Below, one piece after another: positions 15,896 through 25,561 of a stretch of 64,000 nt of DNA. The DNA lies in NCBI GenBank assembly GCA_030828405.1, contig JAURCP010000006.1:12015-76014 (forward strand). The letters run 5' to 3'. Each line of letters starts with the position of its first letter. Position 1 is the stretch's first letter. This stretch comes from Thermoplasmatota archaeon (lineage in GTDB: Archaea; Thermoplasmatota; Poseidoniia; Poseidoniales; Thalassarchaeaceae). Both the position numbers and the translations under genes were made by a program. The notes beneath the pieces were generated by a model. That model was not told the DNA's origin and did no database searches. It saw only the letters and a list, made by a program, of their open reading frames with translations.

Positions 15896-17530
15896 ATTGA
15901 AATAACCCAGCGTCAGCTAATACTTTCTAACGATGTAAGAAAAGGAATAAAATTAGATTTAGCATCTATCTCAAGAACAAGGAGCATCGATATTCCAACA
16001 ATCCCTAGCGGTGTAATAGTCTGGGGTTCGGCGGCTTGCTATCTAGGAGCTACAATACTAATTCCGCCTTTTGGATATGCTGTTTCTCTATTAGGTGGAC
16101 TTTCTGTTCTATCCCATTTTATCTTCAAAACTCCAGCACTAGTGATAGAAACTAATATTGGAGATAGACATATCATCCAATCAAGATTAAACGATCAGGA
16201 AGTATTGTTAAAAGTTCACATGATGATTGAAAAAGTTAGTAATGGTCAATCTGTTAGAGATGCAAAAAATAGTATGGAAAGGGAGTTTAGTTACCAAAAT
16301 AAAGAGAACGTAATTCCTAAAGCACTTTTGAACGCTCCTATAGTAAATGAGTTAGTACCTGAAGTTAGAGAGGAAATACAAGCAGTTGAAAGTTTTGCTA
16401 ATATAAGCGAAAATGTTTTACAAAATAATTTTGAAAGAGTTGATATGCAGTTCTTTGATAAACAAGAAACAATTATTGAGAGCCAATTTAGTACATCAAT
16501 ACCTGAGATGAAGCATAATGAAGTAGAAGGAGTACCTTCTGCTTATGAGCAAACTTGGGGCAGGAATGAACCACATTGGTATAATGAGAAGAAACCTATT
16601 AGTCGCTTAGAATCTTCTTTGGAAGATGTTACAGAAACAATGGAGACAGACATCTTCGGATTTAATTTTGGAGAGGGGGGGCTATTTGATTCAGAACCTG
16701 CGATATCATCATCAAATGAACCGGTAAACTATTCCTCTCCAGAGAAAAATACCATACCTGAACAGTATACTAAGAATCATCAGCGAAATAGTGAGCCTGT
16801 AGAATCAATATTTGGTTCAGAATACCCTATGGAGGAAATAAATGCAAGAAGAAGTATGTCAAGTGCTGAAATGATAAGAGTTGCTAATGGAATGAATCGT
16901 AGCCCTGTAAGTAGTTTTTCAAATTCAATGTCCTTGCCAGAACCTACTGATGAAGCAGTTAGAATTGAATGTAAGCCGGGTTTAGTAAAGAGGGCAAAAG
17001 CACAACAATCATTACATAGAAAAGCAGAGATTATTGCATCCTTGCCTGCACCCACGGATTTAGGAGAATTTCCAGGATTATCTAGAATGGCTAGTTCTTA
17101 TGAGGAAGGAAGACTATCTGTAAGGAGACTGCCAGTTAAGAGAAAAAGAGCCGGATTGATTGAAAGGTTACTAGTCCCAAGATATCGCAGCTATGAAAGA
17201 AAGGCTGTAAATTATTCGACTGAATATGGAGATCCCGATGGAATTGAAGTAAGTTCAGGAGCTAGATTTCAGTCTAAGCAACATCTTAGGATTAGAAGTG
17301 ACCAAGAACACCAAGCAGATATTAATAATAGAATTACGAGAATAAATTCTACTGAGTCGTCAACAGCAAAGGATGCATTGGATAGAGTAGTAAATAGAGT
17401 TTCGAGAGGAGAGGAACATAGTCCGACTGAATTAGGAACTGAACAGCCACTTCTAAGATTTAATCAAATGCGTAGAACTTCAAACAGTAATGAAAAAGGT
17501 CACCTTGAGGGTATTAGAAGATTGAATTAG
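15803..17530 (+). CDS. Hypothetical membrane-anchored protein with long low-complexity C-terminal region; true start probably downstream (non-ATG)
   Basis: Long ORF. TM helices near residues 60-110, and a Ser/Glu/Asn-rich tail. Confidence 0.45.
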   Translation: MHTFGRNARPDEGESATFGNLSLVGVRGKFRIEITQRQLILSNDVRKGIKLDLASISRTRSIDIPTIPSGVIVWGSAACYLGATILIPPFGYAVSLLGGLSVLSHFIFKTPALVIETNIGDRHIIQSRLNDQEVLLKVHMMIEKVSNGQSVRDAKNSMEREFSYQNKENVIPKALLNAPIVNELVPEVREEIQAVESFANISENVLQNNFERVDMQFFDKQETIIESQFSTSIPEMKHNEVEGVPSAYEQTWGRNEPHWYNEKKPISRLESSLEDVTETMETDIFGFNFGEGGLFDSEPAISSSNEPVNYSSPEKNTIPEQYTKNHQRNSEPVESIFGSEYPMEEINARRSMSSAEMIRVANGMNRSPVSSFSNSMSLPEPTDEAVRIECKPGLVKRAKAQQSLHRKAEIIASLPAPTDLGEFPGLSRMASSYEEGRLSVRRLPVKRKRAGLIERLLVPRYRSYERKAVNYSTEYGDPDGIEVSSGARFQSKQHLRIRSDQEHQADINNRITRINSTESSTAKDALDRVVNRVSRGEEHSPTELGTEQPLLRFNQMRRTSNSNEKGHLEGIRRLN

Positions 17531-18492
17531 GTTAATCCTACTATTCTTCTGTATCTATCTACTCGTGCATGATATTGTCCACGTTCTAACTTCGAAATAT
17601 TGGAACAACCTAATCCACCTAAAGTAAATGATGCGGTAACTGTAGCATGAACTAGTGCATTTCGGATAACATCTATATCATTTAGTGCACCATCTCTTCC
17701 AGAGATATTTGCCAAAAATGCTCCTGCAAATGAATCACCACATCCAGTTGGATCAACTACATTGCTTATCGGATATGCTGGTAAAGAAATTAGTCCGAAA
17801 GGAAATTTACCAATTACACCCCCACTTCCTCTTTTTACAATTATACATCTAGGCCCAGGACCTGCATGCTCTCCACCAAATAATGCTGCTCCTGACTGGA
17901 TTGAACTAATAGCTCGAGGTAGTACTTCGTCATCAGCAATTGCACAAACTTCTTCTTCGTTTAGTATAGCTATATCGACTTTACGAAGTGCTTCAGACAA
18001 TTTGGCCTTTTCAGTATTAATCCATAACATGAAACTGTCTAAAGCAGTAATTACTGCACTAGGGCATTGGTCAAGAACTGACACTTGAGTTGCAGGATGT
18101 GTATTAGCACAGAACAAAATCTCTGGTGTTGTCCAAGAGTTCGGAACTTCAGGGTCGAAATTTTCTAAAACATTAACCTCGGTAGAAATTGTTTCAGCAT
18201 CTTCCATCGAACCTAAATATCTACCCGACCAACGGAATGTATCTCCATCTCTCATTTCAACACCGGCTAAATTTAGACCGACTGATTCTAATCTTAGTTG
18301 ATCTGAGGGGGAGAAATCATTACCGACAGCGCTGACTATTCCTATATTTGGATTGTTGGAAATGTCATCAGAACTGTGGAAAGCAGCAGAAAAACCGGCA
18401 TAAGTCGCTGCGCCTCCTAGAAGATCTGAACCTTCGGCTTCAGGAGTAGAAATATCATCGTAACCAATACTACCGACAATCACTATATCCAA
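17527..18492 (-). CDS. PfkB-family carbohydrate/nucleoside kinase (ribokinase-like)
   Basis: C-terminal DPTGCGDSFAGAF matches the PfkB DTxGAGDxF signature. Confidence 0.7.
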   Translation of the reverse strand: MDIVIVGSIGYDDISTPEAEGSDLLGGAATYAGFSAAFHSSDDISNNPNIGIVSAVGNDFSPSDQLRLESVGLNLAGVEMRDGDTFRWSGRYLGSMEDAETISTEVNVLENFDPEVPNSWTTPEILFCANTHPATQVSVLDQCPSAVITALDSFMLWINTEKAKLSEALRKVDIAILNEEEVCAIADDEVLPRAISSIQSGAALFGGEHAGPGPRCIIVKRGSGGVIGKFPFGLISLPAYPISNVVDPTGCGDSFAGAFLANISGRDGALNDIDVIRNALVHATVTASFTLGGLGCSNISKLERGQYHARVDRYRRIVGLT

Positions 18493-18495
18493 AAT

Positions 18496-19839
18496 CTAGC
18501 CCCCCGAAAGTAGATCTGGGTGATTTTCGAGATAGTGAATAGTAATATTTCTTTTACGGAAATCACTTTCAGAAAGAATTGCTTGATGTAAGGGTATCAA
18601 AGTATCAACGCCTAATAATTTTATTTCACTTAAAGCAGCATTTAATTTCGAAATGGACTCCTCTCTTGTTGGCGCCCAAACAATCAATTTTGCAAGAAGA
18701 CTGTCAAACGATGCAGGCATATCATACCCTGTATGGGCATGAGTATCAATTCTTACACCTGGGCCTCCGGGCCAGTGGCACTCCCATAATTTACCAGGAG
18801 AGGGAGACAAAGTGACAGGATTCTCTGCATTCAAGCGTACTTGAATGGCATGCCCTCTAATTAGAATATCATCTTGAAGTAACTTTATTGGCTCACCAGA
18901 TGCAACTCTTATTCCCATCGATACTAAATCAGTCCCTGTTATCATTTCAGTTACTGTATGCTCTACTTGGACTCTAGGATTAACTTCTAAGAAATAGAAC
19001 TCACCTGTAGAGTCCCTTAGGAACTCAAAAGTTGCTAGACCACAATATCCCACTGCTTTAGCACCGGCAACAACCTTATCTCCAATTTCATTCCTTATTT
19101 CTTCGGATAACCAAGGTCCTTCTTCAAGTATTTTTTGATGTCTTCTTTGTATTGAACAAAACCTCTCACCGAAATGTATGGCATCTTTACCATCACCAAG
19201 TACTTGAAATTCAATATGCTGAGCTCCTTGAATAAACTTTTCTAGAAATACCCTATCATCTCCAAAAGCAGATAACGCTCGACCCTGACACAATTTCATT
19301 GCAGATTCAAATTCATCTGCTGACTCCACTACTTGCATTCCAATTCCTCCACCTCCTGCGGCTGCCTTGATAATTACTGGAAAACCAATATCTGTAGCAA
19401 TCTGGGATGCTTCTTCAGGATTAGAAATAGGACCGGGAGAACCTTTCGCTACAGGTAGACCTGCCTTAACCATGGCTTCTCTAGCAGTAATCTTGTCACC
19501 TAATAATTTTAGTACATCTGAACTTGGACCGATAAAAATAATCCCTTCTTCCGATAATCTTCTTGCGAAAGTTGGATTTTCTGCTAGGAAACCATATCCT
19601 GGATGTACTGCGTCCGCTCCAACATCCTTGGCAGCAGTAACTATTGCTTCGATATCTAAATATGATGCTAGAGGATCATCACGAGGAATGAAAACCGACT
19701 CATCTGCTAATCTTACAGGTGTAGAAATACGGTCTTCACGACCATAAATCATAACTGCTTCAATACCTAATGAATGTAATGAACGGATAATTCTCAGGGC
19801 TATTTCACCACGATTCGCAATGAGGACCCTCCTAAACAT
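18496..19839 (-). CDS. accC: Biotin carboxylase (acetyl-/propionyl-CoA carboxylase or pyruvate carboxylase subunit A)
   Basis: MFRRVLIANRGEIALRIIRS N-terminus. ATP-grasp and biotin-carboxylase C-terminal motifs across the full 447 aa. Confidence 0.9.
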   Translation of the reverse strand: MFRRVLIANRGEIALRIIRSLHSLGIEAVMIYGREDRISTPVRLADESVFIPRDDPLASYLDIEAIVTAAKDVGADAVHPGYGFLAENPTFARRLSEEGIIFIGPSSDVLKLLGDKITAREAMVKAGLPVAKGSPGPISNPEEASQIATDIGFPVIIKAAAGGGGIGMQVVESADEFESAMKLCQGRALSAFGDDRVFLEKFIQGAQHIEFQVLGDGKDAIHFGERFCSIQRRHQKILEEGPWLSEEIRNEIGDKVVAGAKAVGYCGLATFEFLRDSTGEFYFLEVNPRVQVEHTVTEMITGTDLVSMGIRVASGEPIKLLQDDILIRGHAIQVRLNAENPVTLSPSPGKLWECHWPGGPGVRIDTHAHTGYDMPASFDSLLAKLIVWAPTREESISKLNAALSEIKLLGVDTLIPLHQAILSESDFRKRNITIHYLENHPDLLSGG

Positions 19840-19901
19840 TATATTATGGCAAACAAAGACACACTATGATTGCATCGGAAAAAGAACATTAATTTTGCAG
19901 A

Positions 19902-21197
19902 TTAATACACATCTCTCAAATATCGTTTTTCTTTTTTCATCATCCCATCTTCAACAAATGATTTTGCATCTTCAGGGCTCATTTCGCCATGCTCGGAACA
20001 AATATCAATCAATGTTTGATGGACATCCTTTGCCATACGTGATTTATCCCCACAAACGTAGAAGTATCCTCCACCCTCAATCCAATTCCAGATTTCAGCA
20101 CCATTCTTTTTCATTAAATGTTGGACATAAACTTTCTCAGAACCGTCGCGAGACCACGCAAGGTCGTGCTTGTCTAGTATTCCACGCTCTTTCCAATCAT
20201 CCATTTCCTCTTTGTAGTAATTTTCTCCTGATTCAGTCCAATCACCAAAAAATAACCAATTTCTTCCACTATCTCCATTAATATCTCTTTGCTGTAAAAA
20301 GGCTCTAAATGGCGCTATCCCAGTCCCTGGCCCGACCATTATACAATCTGTATCTCCATTTTCAGGAAGAATAAATGACCTTGTAGGAGACATAAAAACT
20401 CCTATTGGAGTCTTACCAACCTCACATCTGTCTGATAAATAGCCAGTTGTTAGTCCAGCTCTATTCCTATCATGATAACTATACCTTACAATTCCAACAG
20501 TCAAATGTACAGTACCCGGTTCATAATCTGGACTGCTAGCTATTGAATATAGTCTTGGCTTGAGCCTGTCCATTCCATCTATAAATTCTTGAGCAGAAAA
20601 TGAAATATTACTAAAGTCTCTGAGAGTATCGATATAATCTCTAGTCCAAATATAGTCTTCCATTGCTTTAGGATCAGAAGTTAATTCATTCCAAAGTTCT
20701 TCTGAAGGATCGTTTGGAGACATTATCTGAGAATAACCCGAGGGGATATCATTGATTTCTCCAGAGCCTTTCCAACTAATTACTGAACTACCATCAGATG
20801 TTGAAACTCTGTCGCGACCAACAATTTTTATCTCAATTGAACCATTATCAGTTATCACTTTCGAGCCTAAATTCTCAATCCATTTTTTTGAAACTCGATG
20901 AACCTCATATCTGTTAGAGAGAGCTTCGCGTAAACTACAAACTCCGAGATTTGTTTCAACTTCTTCATCTCCTGTGAAACCTCCCAGAGCGAGAAGATCA
21001 GAAACAGTTTCAGGTGGGCAAATTGGGATTACTCCTAATGCATCACCTGCTTTATATCCAAGACCGGAATCCCCCAAGTCGAAAACAATATGTCGAGTTT
21101 CTTTGCCTGAACCCTCGCCGTTAAGAACGTAGTTTTCTGATAAATAAGACGTATATGGATTTTTGGCACTCCATTGAGAATTAGTTGTAGACATCAT
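19902..21197 (-). CDS. FAD/NAD(P)-binding oxidoreductase, CysJ / cytochrome-P450-reductase-like FNR module (no flavodoxin domain)
   Basis: RLYSIASSP FAD-binding motif and a GTGIAPFRAF NADPH-binding region. Confidence 0.7.
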   Translation of the reverse strand: MMSTTNSQWSAKNPYTSYLSENYVLNGEGSGKETRHIVFDLGDSGLGYKAGDALGVIPICPPETVSDLLALGGFTGDEEVETNLGVCSLREALSNRYEVHRVSKKWIENLGSKVITDNGSIEIKIVGRDRVSTSDGSSVISWKGSGEINDIPSGYSQIMSPNDPSEELWNELTSDPKAMEDYIWTRDYIDTLRDFSNISFSAQEFIDGMDRLKPRLYSIASSPDYEPGTVHLTVGIVRYSYHDRNRAGLTTGYLSDRCEVGKTPIGVFMSPTRSFILPENGDTDCIMVGPGTGIAPFRAFLQQRDINGDSGRNWLFFGDWTESGENYYKEEMDDWKERGILDKHDLAWSRDGSEKVYVQHLMKKNGAEIWNWIEGGGYFYVCGDKSRMAKDVHQTLIDICSEHGEMSPEDAKSFVEDGMMKKEKRYLRDVY

Positions 21198-21320
21198 GAA
21201 ACCCCGAATTGGTTATACTGTCCGAGTTGAAACATGTTTATGAATAGATGCTGAAGAAGAGTTGAAGTTCAATCATCTTCGAAGCGATTAAGTCAAGTCT
21301 TAGATACATAGTCGAGAGCC

Positions 21321-22112
21321 ATGATTCGCATCGACTTCTTGGGTACTGGCAATGCTTTCACACCTTCTGGGAGACTACATGCATTAACTCTAATAGATGG
21401 GAAAATTTTGATTGATACGCCTCCAACACTAATTACTCAACTTCGAAGAAAAGGCTTGAAAACATCTGAAATAGAATATTTATTATTTACTCATTGGCAT
21501 GCAGACCATACATTTGGATTTCCATTCTTTATGTTGGAAAGAAAATATATCTCCGACCCAAAACGAGAAAAGGACCTGAAAATTTATCTAAGACCAGGAG
21601 GTAAAGAAAAGATTTCAAATTTATGCAATATAGGTTTTCCAGGAAGCTTAGACGATGTTGAAAAAATGGCACATTGGCATGAGGAGGAAGTGTGTGAATT
21701 AGCCGGTACTAATTGGAGTTTTGAAAGATTTCCTGTTTGTCATACGCCAGAAACCGACCCTCATGGCTACGAACTGACCCATAATACTGGAATCAAAGTA
21801 CTGCATTGTGGAGATTCTGGCCCTTGTGAAGAGATTGAAATTAGAGCAGAATCAGCAGATGTTGTGATACTCGAAATGGGAATGCCGGATATAGGGACAT
21901 TTCCTTATCATTATACACCGAGTGATGTAATTGATTTCTCAAATAAATTTCCTAAAAGCTTGGTTTTAGTTACACATAACTTTGCTAGTTCAAAGAATAT
22001 TTCAGAAGGGTTTAGAGTTCCGGAATTACCAAAAGAAGTTTATCAGTTGGAAGATGGGGATGCAATCGAAATTAATCAGAATGGTGAAATTAAAATAATT
22101 AATAATTGTTGA
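21321..22112 (+). CDS. Metallo-beta-lactamase-fold hydrolase
   Basis: LFTHWHADH (HxHxDH) motif. Confidence 0.6.
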   Translation: MIRIDFLGTGNAFTPSGRLHALTLIDGKILIDTPPTLITQLRRKGLKTSEIEYLLFTHWHADHTFGFPFFMLERKYISDPKREKDLKIYLRPGGKEKISNLCNIGFPGSLDDVEKMAHWHEEEVCELAGTNWSFERFPVCHTPETDPHGYELTHNTGIKVLHCGDSGPCEEIEIRAESADVVILEMGMPDIGTFPYHYTPSDVIDFSNKFPKSLVLVTHNFASSKNISEGFRVPELPKEVYQLEDGDAIEINQNGEIKIINNC

Positions 22113-22317
22113 TTAAATGTTAATTTCTAAACAAATTGAAAACCAAGAGTTGATTCATTTAATAATGACTTTGAAGATGAAATCTAACCCTCACCTCACT
22201 TTAGTTTGGAATCACTTATTACCTCTAAGCGTCTCGTCAAGAATCCCCATTGTCGAGCGACCTCTCAAAGTGTGTCAGTAGTGCATTGGAGAATGTGCAT
22301 GACAATGGTGAGTAGAA

Positions 22318-23556
22318 ATGGACGGGAATATTTTTGAAAAAATACTCGGACAAGATTCATTATTTATAGATCGAAAAGCGTTTGAACATGCCTTTGAACC
22401 AAGCAATCTCCCTCACAGGGAACAAGAAGTCGATGCTCTAGTACGGAATTTAGTTGATGCCTTAAATGGCCATATACCATCGAATATGCTACTTTATGGA
22501 GTACCAGGTTCTGGAAAAACCGTAGTTACAAGATTCGTACTCGGTCAATTACTTGAGAAAGGAAAAGAGATGGGACATCCAGTTCAAACATATGAGATAA
22601 ATTGTAGAAATGTTGATACAAAATATAGAGTAGTGCAAACACTAGCTAGCCAACTAAAACAGAAAGGAGACTATCCTATTCCATTTACTGGTTGGCCAAC
22701 TGATAGAGTTCTTGAAACCTTAATTGAAAGGATGGATAGAGCAGGAGGAGTACATATTTTAGTTTTGGATGAGATTGATAACTTGGTAGCAAAAGCCGGT
22801 TCAGATCTACTATACAGTTTAACAAACATGAATACATTATTGAAACATGCTAGGTGCTGTATTATTGGGATCAGTAATGACCTCAACTTCACCCAAGAAC
22901 TTGACCCTAGGGTGAGTTCGAGATTGAGTCAAGAAGATGTTGTTTTCCACCCTTATGGTGCTGAAGAAATACAAGATATCCTACAAGAAAGAGTAAAGAT
23001 GGGATTGAAAAATAACTCACTGGAAGTAGGAGTGATCCCTCTATGTTCTGCTTTAGCCGCACAAGAACATGGTGATGCGAGAAGAGCCTTAGACTTGTTG
23101 AGAATATCAGTACAGAAAGCGGAACAAAGATCTCAAGGTAAAGTTGACCCAAAGCATGTACGTCTAGCTCAGTCACAACTTGAACACGACCAAGTCACTC
23201 CAGTCTTACGAACCCTACCTTTACATCAGAAATTAGTATTATTCTGCATAATAATTAATGAAGAAAATGGCTTAAGAAATATTTCAACAGGAGAGATTGT
23301 CAGAACCTATTCAGAAGCCTGTATGAAAATTAATATTGAAGGACTGACTCCTAGAAGAATTTCTACATTGTTAAACGAATTAGACACACTGGGATTAATT
23401 ATGGCTAGAAATGTAAGTAAGGGAAGAGGCGGGAGGAGTAAACAAGTAAATTCCGCAATACCAAAAGGCATTGATTCAATTAAGACCTTGAGTAAAAATG
23501 AGCCTCTTATCGAAGAAGCATCTCAAGGAAAGTATATGTTACAAGGAAGATTGTAA
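22318..23556 (+). CDS. cdc6: Orc1/Cdc6 replication initiator (AAA+ plus winged helix)
   Basis: Walker A LYGVPGSGKT, Walker B VLDEID, sensor motifs, and a C-terminal wH domain. Confidence 0.9.
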   Translation: MDGNIFEKILGQDSLFIDRKAFEHAFEPSNLPHREQEVDALVRNLVDALNGHIPSNMLLYGVPGSGKTVVTRFVLGQLLEKGKEMGHPVQTYEINCRNVDTKYRVVQTLASQLKQKGDYPIPFTGWPTDRVLETLIERMDRAGGVHILVLDEIDNLVAKAGSDLLYSLTNMNTLLKHARCCIIGISNDLNFTQELDPRVSSRLSQEDVVFHPYGAEEIQDILQERVKMGLKNNSLEVGVIPLCSALAAQEHGDARRALDLLRISVQKAEQRSQGKVDPKHVRLAQSQLEHDQVTPVLRTLPLHQKLVLFCIIINEENGLRNISTGEIVRTYSEACMKINIEGLTPRRISTLLNELDTLGLIMARNVSKGRGGRSKQVNSAIPKGIDSIKTLSKNEPLIEEASQGKYMLQGRL

Positions 23557-23569
23557 GTTCAGTGGATAA

Positions 23570-24118
23570 ATGAAAGCGTTAAACCAAAAGGGTAAGTCGC
23601 CAGTTCTGATAAACATGGTACAGACAGACTGGAAAGAGGCACTAACAAAGCCAAGTAATATGATTTCAACTGCTGCATTAATGCTAGGTGCGTGGATTAT
23701 TTTATTATCTCTAGTCAATATTTTTGGAGGTGGTGCAGGTCAAGCAGGAAATAAGGTTGCATGGATTGGATTTATTGGAATTGGAGGAGAGGCTTTTGTC
23801 CCTTATGACGATGGATTTATCGTAGATGATGCGATTTTTGCGATTATAGGCATCATAATGATTGCTACTGGAATGAGGAATCAGGATGTCTTTAATTGGA
23901 TTTCAAATATACAAAATAGTGATTTTGCGAACAACCTAATCAAAGGAAATAATGGGAAAGAGATTGTTTCAAGTTGGCTCACAGTAATTGGAATTGCATT
24001 CTACTTAGTTTGGAGTATCCAGAATGACACATGGGTAGACCCCGGTGTTTACTCAGTAATGATTGCAATGGTAGCATTTGGTATTGCATTAAATATAAAT
24101 TCAAAAGTAGAGAATTAA
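23570..24118 (+). CDS. Hypothetical membrane protein
   Basis: Four predicted TM helices. Tightly follows cdc6. Confidence 0.4.
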   Translation: MKALNQKGKSPVLINMVQTDWKEALTKPSNMISTAALMLGAWIILLSLVNIFGGGAGQAGNKVAWIGFIGIGGEAFVPYDDGFIVDDAIFAIIGIIMIATGMRNQDVFNWISNIQNSDFANNLIKGNNGKEIVSSWLTVIGIAFYLVWSIQNDTWVDPGVYSVMIAMVAFGIALNINSKVEN

Positions 24119-25137
24119 TTATTTCTCTTATCACAAAGTGATAACATTTTTTGACATCTGATTTTTGAATCTAATTCTGTAATTCTTAATACAACTCCCT
24201 TATCTGGTTGACCGTATATTATTGCTGATTTTATCGGTGCTAAAATATGTAAAAATAATGGTGTTAAATCTTCTTCACCATCAACAAGAATAAGCGTGGT
24301 CTGTTTTCTCTCTAGCCAATTATTCATTGCTTCTTTACAAGAATCAAACAAAGACTTTGTTAACACGCCAGGTGGATTGCTACATTGGATAATATTATCA
24401 TATAGAGATTGATTGATTTCTCTATAGCCATCCCATTCGGCCCTCTTAGTTTTCTCATCAATTATGCCGATAGATGTTTTAGAACCAATATTTTGTAATG
24501 CTCTGACTGTGACATCCCCCACGCCAATAATAGGCGAATGAAAATCTTCAAGGAAATTTATTAAATTAGTAATGGCAATTGAGTGGTCATCTTCTGGACC
24601 TTCAAATAATTTACCAAAAGGAACTTTTAACATTGATTCTACCTCCTTTGTCAGATAAAAATTCAAGTTCATATCTTTATGGCTTATCCAAACCTCACCA
24701 TCACTATTTATTTCGCCATTTCTAATTCGTGAGCTAGAGATAATTAATCCATCTTCAGATAATTCATGCGGAACTGAAAATATTGATAACGGTTTTAAAC
24801 CTCTTAATAACCGCTTTTGATTAATAATTTGACAGGTCGAAAGTGTTTCACTAGTACAGAATATCTTAGTTGCATTTTTATGAGATAAAGCAATACCATA
24901 ATCGTCCAATAGTTCATGAAAAGTTACTCTAGAAGATTGTTCTAAAGATAGATTTTGTTTAATTAAATCGCGCCTTTCTTTCCATGAAGAAATCCTAGGA
25001 TCTTTTTTTTGAGTAATTATATCGGATGAAATCCAGATTTCAAGAACATCGCAATTTTTAAGACAAGAATTTATCAATTTCTGGTGACCAATATGGAAAA
25101 AATCGAAGGTCCCGCCGACAAGTCCGATACTACTCAT
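24115..25137 (-). CDS. Cytidylyltransferase-family PPAT-like domain fused to a DUF359-like (GTP-dependent dephospho-CoA kinase) domain; start trimmed to MSSIGLVGG
   Basis: GGTFDFFHIGH nucleotidyltransferase motif. C-terminal GVGDVTV and VDGEEDL resemble archaeal DPCK motifs. The track's longer N-terminus runs into a GC-rich noncoding element. Confidence 0.5.
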   Translation of the reverse strand: MSSIGLVGGTFDFFHIGHQKLINSCLKNCDVLEIWISSDIITQKKDPRISSWKERRDLIKQNLSLEQSSRVTFHELLDDYGIALSHKNATKIFCTSETLSTCQIINQKRLLRGLKPLSIFSVPHELSEDGLIISSSRIRNGEINSDGEVWISHKDMNLNFYLTKEVESMLKVPFGKLFEGPEDDHSIAITNLINFLEDFHSPIIGVGDVTVRALQNIGSKTSIGIIDEKTKRAEWDGYREINQSLYDNIIQCSNPPGVLTKSLFDSCKEAMNNWLERKQTTLILVDGEEDLTPLFLHILAPIKSAIIYGQPDKGVVLRITELDSKIRCQKMLSLCDKRNN

Positions 25138-25159
25138 TGAATAGCCTGAGGAGCACATA

Positions 25160-25495
25160 TGACTTGAGAACTGCGGAAAAAAGGTGTGCCCCAGGGTGTA
25201 ACGGAACCTTTCACAGTACTTTCGCACTCTGGTTCCTGACCCCACCCTAGGACGTATGTTGGATTATGGGGTAGTCCCTAGAATCATCCCTTTCGGTCAA
25301 CAGGGGACCTTACATAATCCATACCGCCTGTATTGCGCCAGAGGTCATCCTAAGAGGAATAATCTCTTCAATTATTCACAATTCGTCACTCTGGTCTTCG
25401 ACAGACGGAGACCCATATCTGTGGTACCGAGTTTCATCCTATCACCTCCGGCTGGGGGTTTTGTCAACTCGGTGTTGCCAGTTGGGCAGAGATTC
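25160..25495 (+). ncRNA. GC-rich structured RNA, possibly RNase P RNA (alternatively SRP/7S RNA)
   Basis: About 335 nt at roughly 50% GC in an AT-rich genome, with many local helices. ggaaaaaaggtgtgcccc-agggtg-taacgg and cgacagac...ccggct loosely resemble RNase P CR-I/CR-II and CR-V. The overlapping track ORF is not protein-like. Confidence 0.35.
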
Positions 25496-25561
25496 TAAAA
25501 CATATTCATTCAATAACTCATCGATTCAGAAAAAACGGATTTAATGAGGAGAAAAATAATA

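Noticed and set aside
25256-25498. 80-aa track ORF
   Set aside because: It lies inside a GC-rich, helix-dense noncoding element and its translation is Pro/Arg-rich and not protein-like. It is more likely a structured RNA.
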